This document shows positions 1 through 7,868 of a DNA stretch of 25,806 nucleotides, piece after piece. Numbering within the stretch: the stretch's first letter is position 1; each line of letters starts with the position of its first letter. Below the pieces are notes generated by a model. That model had not been told where the DNA came from, did not search any database, and saw nothing but the letters and a program-made list of their open reading frames with translations. The stretch is taken from IMG/VR virus record IMGVR_UViG_3300009508_000053, positions 1 to 25,806 of that record; one strand, given 5' to 3'. Origin of the DNA: a virus (Duplodnaviria > Caudoviricetes). Position numbers and translations under genes: made by a program.

Positions 1-189
1 ATAGCTCTTATCACAGATGTAATCGCAGGAGACTCTATGTCCGATGAATCTGCTGAAGATCGTCAAGGCTGTGTAGATAGAAACGTACAGCACCTTGAAC
101 TGATGGTAGCCAAAGAAGATTGGAACGACGAAGACATGACCGCAGTTGAAGCAGCTATCAGCGCAGGCAATGGCTACACAGCCTCTTAA
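1..189 (+). CDS. 3' end of a small acidic hypothetical phage protein, truncated by the window edge; probably tail-fibre associated
   Basis: Frame +1 is open from base 1 to TAA at 187-189 (IALITDVIAGDSMSDESAEDRQGCVDRNVQHLELMVAKEDWNDEDMTAVEAAISAGNGYTAS*). The next gene's SD follows immediately. Not in the ORF track. Confidence 0.7.
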   Translation: MALITDVIAGDSMSDESAEDRQGCVDRNVQHLELMVAKEDWNDEDMTAVEAAISAGNGYTAS

Positions 190-203
190 AAGGAGCATAA
201 CAA

Positions 204-1487
204 ATGCCAAATACAAAAGTACCCATAGAACTTTCGAGTACTCCGGGGATTATAGATAATTCTACTGTTACAGCAATTACAATTGATAGCGCAGGAGCGG
301 CGACGTTTAGTGATGACGTGGGTATTGGTGTTAACCCTTCATACCAGCTCGATGTTTATGATACTGCTGCTGCTTTTGCGGCTAAGATTAAAAACTTTAA
401 TGGCAGTGATGCTGGCGGCGGTTTGTGGATAGATACCCGCTGGAATACTGCGGGTAACAGGCCATTGAAGATTACTTCAAACAATGAAGGCACAAGCATT
501 TTTGAAGTTACTGGCAATGGAAATGTGGGTATTGGTACGAGTAGTCCTGCTACAAACCTACACATACAAAGCGCGTCTGAACCAGCTATTACGCTTTTCC
601 ACACAGGCATAATGGCTTCGCAGATTGGTTTAGATAGTACAGGTTCTTTAACCTTTGGCATTGACGGCTCTACTGGCGCAACAGAACGCATGCGAATTGA
701 CGCCAGCGGCAATTTGGGTGTGGGCGCGGTTCCTAGTGCGTGGGGATCTAACTATCTAGGATTGGATGTAGGCTCTGCTGGATCGTTTTGGGGAACTAGG
801 TCAGGTAACACGCTCGTAGCAATGAGCGACAACAGTTACTTGAACGGATCTTCTTATATCGCACGAAACACTGGAGTAGGCTCTAAGTATTATCAAAACG
901 CTGGAGCACACTATTGGGACACTGCTGCAAGTGCAAGTGCAGGGGCCGTGCAAACAAATAGTACTCTTATGCAGCTTACCGCTTCCGGCGATATTTATTT
1001 GGGAAACACTACAAGTTGGAGTATCAATGGAACTTTAGGAAATTTAGTAACTGGCCCACATTACACTCGTTTACCTACTGCAAATGGTTTGTATTGGTCG
1101 TCCTCTGTTAATACAAGCAACCAATACATTGTGCAAAATAATGCTGGTAATGGTGTATATATAGCTTATGGCGCAACTTCATGGTCAAGCACATCTGACG
1201 AACGCCTAAAAGATATAATTGAACCAATCACAGATGGTTTAGAAAAAGTTGCAACTTTGAGAACTGTTATTGGTAAATATAAGACCGATGAAGAAGAAGT
1301 CAGGCGACCGTTTTTAATGGCGCAAGATGTTTTTGAAGTTTTGCCAGAGGCTGTTGATCAAAGCAATCCAGACGCATGGGGTTTATCAACTCATGATTTA
1401 ACACCACTTCTCGTGTCTGCATTAAAAGATGCAAAGAATCTTATCGAAGCCTTAACCGCCCGAATCGAAGCCTTAGAAGGAGCATAA
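204..1487 (+). CDS. Tail fibre / receptor-binding protein with C-terminal intramolecular chaperone (peptidase S74-like) domain
   Basis: AGGAG SD at 191-195. Fibre repeats VGIG / GNVGIGTSSP / ERMRIDASGNLGVG, G/S/T/N-rich body, S74-type autocleavage signature TSDERLKDII, and a terminal coiled coil (LIEALTARIEALEGA). Confidence 0.88.
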   Translation: MPNTKVPIELSSTPGIIDNSTVTAITIDSAGAATFSDDVGIGVNPSYQLDVYDTAAAFAAKIKNFNGSDAGGGLWIDTRWNTAGNRPLKITSNNEGTSIFEVTGNGNVGIGTSSPATNLHIQSASEPAITLFHTGIMASQIGLDSTGSLTFGIDGSTGATERMRIDASGNLGVGAVPSAWGSNYLGLDVGSAGSFWGTRSGNTLVAMSDNSYLNGSSYIARNTGVGSKYYQNAGAHYWDTAASASAGAVQTNSTLMQLTASGDIYLGNTTSWSINGTLGNLVTGPHYTRLPTANGLYWSSSVNTSNQYIVQNNAGNGVYIAYGATSWSSTSDERLKDIIEPITDGLEKVATLRTVIGKYKTDEEEVRRPFLMAQDVFEVLPEAVDQSNPDAWGLSTHDLTPLLVSALKDAKNLIEALTARIEALEGA

Positions 1488-1491
1488 ACAA

Positions 1492-1656
1492 ATGGACTAC
1501 CTATTAGATTTTTACATTTTTGCCACATCGCTGGTCACGGCGGCTAGTGTCCTTGCGAACTACACTGACACTCCACGGGATGACGCATGGGTTGCGAAGG
1601 CTTACAAGCTGATGGAGACTTTTGCATTCTTGAACAACAAGGCGAAACAAAAATGA
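1492..1656 (+). CDS. Small (54 aa) membrane protein, holin-like
   Basis: Read manually: MDYLLDFYIFATSLVTAASVLANYTDTPRDDAWVAKAYKLMETFAFLNNKAKQK*. AAGGAG SD at 1477-1482, N-terminal hydrophobic helix followed by TDTPRDD and a basic C-terminus. Its stop overlaps the next ATG (ATGA at 1653-1656). Not in the ORF track. Confidence 0.75.
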   Translation: MDYLLDFYIFATSLVTAASVLANYTDTPRDDAWVAKAYKLMETFAFLNNKAKQK

Positions 1657-1943
1657 ACTGGAATATTGCACAACTCGAACGAACTGTCGCTGATGGCGGC
1701 GTGACCATTGCACACTGGAGAGTTTCAAAGACTGACGGGGAATACTCAGCATCATCTTATGGCACATGCTCATTCACGCCTGATGAATCTGCCGAAGATT
1801 TCGTAGCCTTTGAAGACTTGACCGAAGAAGTGGTACTGGGCTGGGTGCAAGCGACGATGGACGTTGAGGCTCTTGAAGCGAGCTTTGATGCGAATATCGA
1901 GTTGCAGAAGAATCCGGTTAATGCTAGTGGGTTACCGTGGTAA
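1653..1943 (+). CDS. Small acidic tail-fibre-associated protein (96 aa)
   Basis: MNWNIAQLERTVADGGVTIAHW...FVAFEDLTEEVVLGWV...GLPW* resembles small proteins commonly found next to phage tail fibres. The start is moved from 1587 to 1653 because of the ATGA coupling with the upstream 54-aa gene. Confidence 0.75.
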   Translation: MNWNIAQLERTVADGGVTIAHWRVSKTDGEYSASSYGTCSFTPDESAEDFVAFEDLTEEVVLGWVQATMDVEALEASFDANIELQKNPVNASGLPW

Positions 1944-1973
1944 TTGTTTTAAACTGAAGAGGAAGCCTCAGCT

Positions 1974-2138
1974 ATGCAAGAAGAAACTAAAGCAGTAGTA
2001 GATGTATTGGCTATCGGCGGTACATTAGGAACTGTAGCTGGGGTACTTCCACCTTTAGCAGCGTTAATTACTATCATCTGGACTTGTTTAAGAATATGGG
2101 AAACAGATACTGTTCAAAAGCTTTTAAAAAAAGATTAG
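1974..2138 (+). CDS. Small (54 aa) membrane protein, putative holin
   Basis: Read manually: MQEETKAVVDVLAIGGTLGTVAGVLPPLAALITIIWTCLRIWETDTVQKLLKKD*. GAGGA SD upstream, long hydrophobic core, charged C-terminus. Not in the ORF track. Confidence 0.75.
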   Translation: MQEETKAVVDVLAIGGTLGTVAGVLPPLAALITIIWTCLRIWETDTVQKLLKKD

Positions 2139-2158
2139 CTTTTTATATGTTTTTAAGC

Positions 2159-2164
2159 TATAAT
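2159..2164 (+). promoter_or_regulatory. Possible sigma70 -10 box (TATAAT) 7 nt upstream of the ATG at 2172
   Basis: Perfect TATAAT hexamer, but no convincing -35 element and an AT-rich background. Confidence 0.25.
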
Positions 2165-2171
2165 CAAAAGT

Positions 2172-2450
2172 ATGTTTATAATATATAAAGATAATAGTTA
2201 TGGTATTTTATGTCCTATACTAACAGTTGAAACTGATATTGAATATGAAGAAGTATATTTAAAACATATCTTTAAAAACTTAAAAGATAGTATAACAAAA
2301 CCTTACAGGCTGTACAAGAACAATGATCGTTATTTTTTAACAGAAGAAGATAATATTGTAGTTGGTATTAAGACACCTGAGACTTGGGTAGTGACACAGT
2401 TATTTGCTTCTGCTGATGATACAATAAAAAACTATTTAAAAGGATTATAA
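2172..2450 (+). CDS. Hypothetical protein, 92 aa, very AT-rich
   Basis: The ORF fills the gap between two genes. No SD and no recognisable motif. Confidence 0.6.
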   Translation: MFIIYKDNSYGILCPILTVETDIEYEEVYLKHIFKNLKDSITKPYRLYKNNDRYFLTEEDNIVVGIKTPETWVVTQLFASADDTIKNYLKGL

Positions 2451-2453
2451 AGT

Positions 2454-5400
2454 ATGGCAGCAGGTTGGGGTCTTGGAGGACAGTTAAGTGATGGATTTCT
2501 TACAGGAGCTACAGTTTTAAATGTAGGTGACTGGAGCAGATCTACAGTTGCTAATGTTCCTACGACAACCACTGCTAATTTAAGTAATAATAGCTCTAGT
2601 GGTGGTAGTAGCAGTAGTGTTGTTACAAACTCTAAAGGCCAAGAAGTAGACGCAGCTGGTAACGCTATTGTTAATACAGCAACTCTTACAAACAAAAAGG
2701 GTCAGGAAGTAGACCCTATGGGTATTCCTTTTTCTACCTCTACAGAAGATACGGTAACTGCTGCACCAGCTACATCAGTACTTGGTGCTGGAACAGGGCC
2801 TATGGCAGGTGGTTATACAGAAGCTAATCCTAACTTCTCACTAGCACTAGGGGATTTTGTAGGTAATACTGGTGAAAATAGTTATACTTTTGGCGGCTAT
2901 GGTGCTGGCGCATTAACCCCAAGCTCTAATTCGTCAGCTACTCCCGGTCCTTATTCCGGCGGTTATAATTCTGGCATTTCAGCAGGTACTGTATATGCAG
3001 GTGGAAATAATACATTTAATGAATCAGCAGGCAGTGTTTCTTTTAACTCAGGTGTAGCTAACAATAACGTAGGAAGTAGTAATATGAGTGAACAATATAA
3101 TGTGGAATTTAATTTAACGCCAGAACAAAGAGCAGCAATAAGAGCAGGAACAGGAGCGGTCGCATCAGAAACATCAGAAGAAGAAAAAGCAGCTATAGCA
3201 GAAAAACAAGCAGCAGATAAAGTAGTGCGTGATAGGGCAGCAGCTCAAGCAGCCGCAGGAACAGCCCCTAGAGAAGCGGTAAAAACAGATGCTAGTATTC
3301 AAACAGCTGCTGGTGATATTCAACAAATAGGTGAGCTTGCTGGCGTTGAAGCTCCTAAAGCTGTTGAAGCTGTTAAAACCACATTGACAGAAGGTGAAGT
3401 AGCGCCAGCCACTACTGCACAAGAAGTAACAGCACAAACTTATGAAGCTGCTAAAGCTGGTGACACAGGGGTTACAGAAGCCGCTAAAGGTGTAGTAAGT
3501 CCAGAAGCTATTGCAAAGGTTGAAGAACAAACAGCACTAACACAAGAAGCTATTGCAGCAGAAAGAGATACAGCTGCTGAACAGGCTGCTTTAGGTGTTG
3601 CAGCTACAAGACCAGAAGCTAAAGACTATGCAACAGGTATAGAAACTGATGAACGCTTTCAAATTATTCAGGCACAAGATCCAGCAGTAGCTACACGTAT
3701 TGCTGAAACAATGTCTAAAAGAGAACAACAAGCTCTTCTTGATATTATCTCTACTGAAGGTGTTAACCTAGAAGATATACCAGAATATCTATTAGCTGCT
3801 ACAAGAGAAGCTCAGACAGGTGAAGCTAAGACACGAATTTCACAAGAACTAGGTGCTGTTCCTTCTGTAGATCTTGAAGGTCGGCAAGCTATTACAGGTA
3901 CTGTACCACAGGGTGACGCTGCACAGATCGGTGGTATTCCTACAATGGCAGCGGCTGGTATGCAAGCAGTTACAGGTGCAGCCCGTAGCGCAGCAGCAGC
4001 AGATATGTTAGCCGTTGTAGCTAATGTACCAGCAGAAGTAAGTGCAGCGTTATCAGAAGACCCAGCAAGCGTTGAAGCTGCTTTAGATAGCGGAGAAGCC
4101 CCTGAACTTGTAGCCGCTGTAGCTGCTTTACCTACTGAAGCACTTGTATCTACACAGATGGAACAGCTTTTAGCAGGCATGGAAGAGGGTAAGACTCCTA
4201 TATGGGCTAGGCCAGCAGTAGCTGCTATTGAACAGCAAATGGCTCAGAGAGGTCTTTCAGCCTCTACAGTAGGCCGTGATGCGCTGTTTAATGCTATCAT
4301 ACAGAGTGCTTTACCGATGGCTCAGAGCAATGCACAGGCTCTTCAGCAACGTGCAGCTCAAAACCTTTCAAATGAACAGCAAGTTAATTTGGCGAATGCT
4401 CAGAATACAATGACTATTCGTATGCAGAACCTTGCAAATACTCAGACAGCTTCTTCTCAGACAGCACAAATGGCTAATGAGATTAAACTACAGCAAGGCG
4501 CTTTCAAACAACAAGCTATTATTACTAGTGCAGAACAGGCACAGCAAGTAGAACTAACTAACGCACAGATGGCTCAGCAGAAAGCACAGCAAGAGTCTGC
4601 ACAGAAACAACAAGCAGCTATCTCTACTTTAAGTGTAGGCGCTCAAGCAGATCTTGCAAACCTTCAGTACTTAAATGCTTCTGCATCACAGAATATGACC
4701 GCCGAACAACAGGCTAAACTAACTACTTATAATGCTCAAGTAGAACGTATTGTAAGACAAGCAGATTTAAAGCAAGACATGGAAAAAGCTAATCTATCTG
4801 CTGAAGTACAAGTAGAGTTAGCTAATCTTACTGAAAAGAATGCAGCAGCTAGAGATACAATGACTGCTGTAAACCAAGAACGTCTTACTAATCTAAATAC
4901 TTTAGTAGACTTTAAAAAGACTAATGTTTCTCTTGCACAGCAGATGGACTTAGCTAATTTAAATAATGAACAGCAAATGGAGCTTGCTAATCTTTCAGAA
5001 AAGGCAGCTACAGATACTGCTAACTTTAGTGCTGCTAATCAATTTAGATTACAAGAGCTAACTGTCTATACAAACATGATGGCTAAGAACGAAGACCTTA
5101 GACAGAATGCAGAGATGGCACGTTTAAGCGCCTCTGAAAAAGTTCAACTAGCTAACCTAACTTTTAAAAACCAAGCAGATGCAGAATCTATGAATGCTCA
5201 GAATGTTGCTGAGCTTCAGATGTATGAAAAGAAGATGCAGGCTGGTCAAGTCAATGCACAGCTTGCACAGCAGATGGGCCTTGCAAACCTTTCAAATAAA
5301 CAAGAAGCAGCTATGTTTAATGCTCAGATTAATGGCAACTTAGACATGAAGCAAATGGATGCTAATCAACAGATGGCTATTGCTAATAGTCAGTTTATGC

Positions 5401-6212
5401 AGACAATGACACAAACTAAGTTTAGTGCTGATCAACAAGCAGCTATGCAGAACGCAGCGGCTATGGCTTCTATGGACATGGCTAATATTGATCAAAGAAC
5501 TAAGTTAGCTGTAGAAAATGCTAAAAGCTTTTTAGCTATGGATATGGCTAATCTAGGTAATGAACAACAAGCTATTATGTTAGATCAACAGATGTTACAA
5601 CAACGTTTGTTATCTGATCAAGCAGCTACAAATGCAGCAGCACAGTTTAATGCTACTTCTGAAACTCAAACAATGCAGTTTATGTCTAGTCTAAAGCTAC
5701 AGGCTGATCAGTTTAATAGTGCTCAGACAAATGCAATGGAACAGTTTAATGTTTCAGAAGCTAATAAGCTTTCAGCCTTAGACTCTGCAAATATTCTAGA
5801 AGCTGATAAGTTTAATGCGCAGATTACTACATCAGTAGAACAGTTTAACGCTAATCTTGATTATCAAAGAGATCAGTGGAATGCTGCTAATGCACAAGCT
5901 ATTGAACAAGCTAATATTGCTTGGAGAAGAAATGCTAACTTAGCGGATACTGCTGCTGAGAATGCAGCTAATCAACAAAGTGTACAGAATAGCTTTGCTC
6001 TTACAGCAGCTTCACAAGCTCAACTGTGGCAAGAGATGCGCGATTTAGCTGCTTTTGATTTGAATGTATCTCAAGCTGATCTTGATAGGAAAATAACAGT
6101 AGTGCAGTCGGCCCTTCAGAACGAAGCTTTCATGACTAGCACAGATGTAAAAATAGTACAGCAGCGAACAGCTTTGTTTAACATTTTAGATGAGATCGGT
6201 ATAAATATTTAA
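2454..6212 (+). CDS. Large A/Q/N/M-rich coiled-coil protein, putative internal virion / DNA ejection protein (1252 aa)
   Basis: Long ORF in the structural arm: G/S/T/N-rich N-terminus, A/E/T-rich middle, and about 600 aa of repeated ANL(S/N)xEQQxxL-type helical units. Function inferred from position and composition. Confidence 0.65.
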   Translation: MAAGWGLGGQLSDGFLTGATVLNVGDWSRSTVANVPTTTTANLSNNSSSGGSSSSVVTNSKGQEVDAAGNAIVNTATLTNKKGQEVDPMGIPFSTSTEDTVTAAPATSVLGAGTGPMAGGYTEANPNFSLALGDFVGNTGENSYTFGGYGAGALTPSSNSSATPGPYSGGYNSGISAGTVYAGGNNTFNESAGSVSFNSGVANNNVGSSNMSEQYNVEFNLTPEQRAAIRAGTGAVASETSEEEKAAIAEKQAADKVVRDRAAAQAAAGTAPREAVKTDASIQTAAGDIQQIGELAGVEAPKAVEAVKTTLTEGEVAPATTAQEVTAQTYEAAKAGDTGVTEAAKGVVSPEAIAKVEEQTALTQEAIAAERDTAAEQAALGVAATRPEAKDYATGIETDERFQIIQAQDPAVATRIAETMSKREQQALLDIISTEGVNLEDIPEYLLAATREAQTGEAKTRISQELGAVPSVDLEGRQAITGTVPQGDAAQIGGIPTMAAAGMQAVTGAARSAAAADMLAVVANVPAEVSAALSEDPASVEAALDSGEAPELVAAVAALPTEALVSTQMEQLLAGMEEGKTPIWARPAVAAIEQQMAQRGLSASTVGRDALFNAIIQSALPMAQSNAQALQQRAAQNLSNEQQVNLANAQNTMTIRMQNLANTQTASSQTAQMANEIKLQQGAFKQQAIITSAEQAQQVELTNAQMAQQKAQQESAQKQQAAISTLSVGAQADLANLQYLNASASQNMTAEQQAKLTTYNAQVERIVRQADLKQDMEKANLSAEVQVELANLTEKNAAARDTMTAVNQERLTNLNTLVDFKKTNVSLAQQMDLANLNNEQQMELANLSEKAATDTANFSAANQFRLQELTVYTNMMAKNEDLRQNAEMARLSASEKVQLANLTFKNQADAESMNAQNVAELQMYEKKMQAGQVNAQLAQQMGLANLSNKQEAAMFNAQINGNLDMKQMDANQQMAIANSQFMQTMTQTKFSADQQAAMQNAAAMASMDMANIDQRTKLAVENAKSFLAMDMANLGNEQQAIMLDQQMLQQRLLSDQAATNAAAQFNATSETQTMQFMSSLKLQADQFNSAQTNAMEQFNVSEANKLSALDSANILEADKFNAQITTSVEQFNANLDYQRDQWNAANAQAIEQANIAWRRNANLADTAAENAANQQSVQNSFALTAASQAQLWQEMRDLAAFDLNVSQADLDRKITVVQSALQNEAFMTSTDVKIVQQRTALFNILDEIGINI

Positions 6213-6226
6213 TAGGAGTTTAAAGT

Positions 6227-7327
6227 ATGGGATTTTTTAGTAAGCTTTGGAAAGGTATTAAAAAGCCATTTAAGGCAATTGGTAAGGCGGTAAAGGGTGC
6301 ATTTAAAAGCTTTGGCAAGCTTGTTAATAAGGCAGGTATACTTGGACAAGTAGCTATGTTCTTTATCCTACCGGGTATTGCTAATGCAGCTTTCGGTGCT
6401 TTAGGGGGTATGTGGGCAGGTGCCGCTAGTAAACTTGCAGGTGTAGCTGGTAAAGGTGTAATGGGTTCTATTGCTAGAGGCGCTGGATGGGTTATGCAGA
6501 AAGCCAGTCAGTTTGCTGGTACAGTTAAGGCTGGTTTTAAAACTGTTACTGGTGCTGTCACTGAGTTCTTTGGTGCTACAGGTAGGTACATTGGTGGTAA
6601 GTTAGGGATGAAGACAGCCGCAGGTACTGTGATGCCTAACCTGTCTGTAGGAGAAGCTTGGGGTCAATACAGTAATGCAATGGTTAAGAACTTCGATGCT
6701 TTTGTAGGTAAAGGTGCTGAGTTTTTAGGTACAAGTAGTGCTTCTTCTGCTGCAACGGCTGCTGTACGCGACTTACCCGTATTAGGTGGGACAGGTGCTG
6801 GTGTAGCTGATCTTCCGGTACTGAGCGAGACTGGTGCCGGTTCGTTATCTAGCAGTATGTCTTTTGATGCAGGCACTCCAGCGTTTGGAGGTGGTCTTAG
6901 TGGCGGGTTATCAACTCCTACAGTTAGTAATTTAATAACGCCGGTAGCTGCCCCCCAATCCTTGCTATCTCGTGCTGGTTCCTACATAACCGATCTCCCC
7001 GGAAGAGCTAAGGAGTATGTTACAAGTGGAGACATGGGTAGAGATGCTCTAGCTAAAGCAGAGGCTTTACCCGGAGATGTAGTGGGTAGTTTAGCAATGA
7101 ATAAAGTTATGGCGGCAATAGACCCGGCAGAAGAGTACGAGGCTGGGACGGTTTGGGGATCTAATGCAGGTACTTATAGAAGCTCACAAACTATACAAGC
7201 TTCACAGGTAGATGACTATACTTCTTTTGCTTCTCAGTATACTATAGGTACTTCTCCTGACGGGATGTGGGGTGGTGCTGTTAACACTAAGAATTATTAT
7301 GATAGTTACATGCAACAGTTTTCATAA
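6227..7327 (+). CDS. Gly/Ala-rich putative DNA pilot / ejection protein (366 aa)
   Basis: AGGAG SD at 6214-6218. Basic amphipathic N-terminus (MGFFSKLWKGIKKPFKAIGKAVKGAFK) followed by a hydrophobic G/A-rich segment (GILGQVAMFFILPGIANAAFGALGGMWAGAA). Confidence 0.6.
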   Translation: MGFFSKLWKGIKKPFKAIGKAVKGAFKSFGKLVNKAGILGQVAMFFILPGIANAAFGALGGMWAGAASKLAGVAGKGVMGSIARGAGWVMQKASQFAGTVKAGFKTVTGAVTEFFGATGRYIGGKLGMKTAAGTVMPNLSVGEAWGQYSNAMVKNFDAFVGKGAEFLGTSSASSAATAAVRDLPVLGGTGAGVADLPVLSETGAGSLSSSMSFDAGTPAFGGGLSGGLSTPTVSNLITPVAAPQSLLSRAGSYITDLPGRAKEYVTSGDMGRDALAKAEALPGDVVGSLAMNKVMAAIDPAEEYEAGTVWGSNAGTYRSSQTIQASQVDDYTSFASQYTIGTSPDGMWGGAVNTKNYYDSYMQQFS

Positions 7328-7340
7328 AGGAATATAAATA

Positions 7341-7868
7341 ATGTCAGATTTAGACAAAGCTTTCTATAAAGCAGGTACATCTTTTAAAAGGCCCATACCC
7401 GGACACTCTTTAACTAATTCTCCTGATACTCCTCATCCGTTTGAAGGGCCGCCTGTTTATACAAATAGGACAAAGGCTTTAGAGTACTTTTTTGAGCTTT
7501 TAACAGAAGAGAATATATATATAAAAGTGTTAGATGCTTTAGAAGACGGTACTACTGTAATGGACATTGTTAAGGTTCTTGTTTACAAATCATTTTCAGA
7601 AGGCTTAATAAACCCTGATATGATGTTAATTGTAGCTGAGCCTTTAGCATATATGATTGCTTCTTTAGCAGAAAGGGCTGATGTTGAATTTGTTATCAGC
7701 GATGATGAAGATGAAGATGAGCAAGAACCAGCTGGAGGCGGTATGCAGATGTTAAATGATTCTCTTTCTTCTATTAAAAACCCGCAGAAAGACGAAGAAT
7801 TTCCAGCTGAGCTAAGTGCTAAAATAGAAAATATAGAACCACCACGTTCTTTGTTAGGAGAAAAATAA
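7341..7868 (+). CDS. Hypothetical phage structural-module protein (175 aa)
   Basis: AAGGA SD. PIPGHSLT...HPFEGPP motif, helical core and acidic tail, located between large virion genes. Confidence 0.65.
   Translation: MSDLDKAFYKAGTSFKRPIPGHSLTNSPDTPHPFEGPPVYTNRTKALEYFFELLTEENIYIKVLDALEDGTTVMDIVKVLVYKSFSEGLINPDMMLIVAEPLAYMIASLAERADVEFVISDDEDEDEQEPAGGGMQMLNDSLSSIKNPQKDEEFPAELSAKIENIEPPRSLLGEK

Noticed and set aside
1443-1475. Direct repeat ATCGAAGCCTTA x2 at 21-bp spacing
   Set aside because: Explained by the heptad repeat (IEAL) of the terminal coiled coil.
204-1487. Diversity-generating retroelement acting on the tail fibre
   Set aside because: No reverse transcriptase and no template/variable repeat pair seen in the window.
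1587-1652. Track start at 1587 for the 118-aa ORF
   Set aside because: It overlaps a better-supported 54-aa gene; the ATGA-coupled start at 1653 is more plausible.
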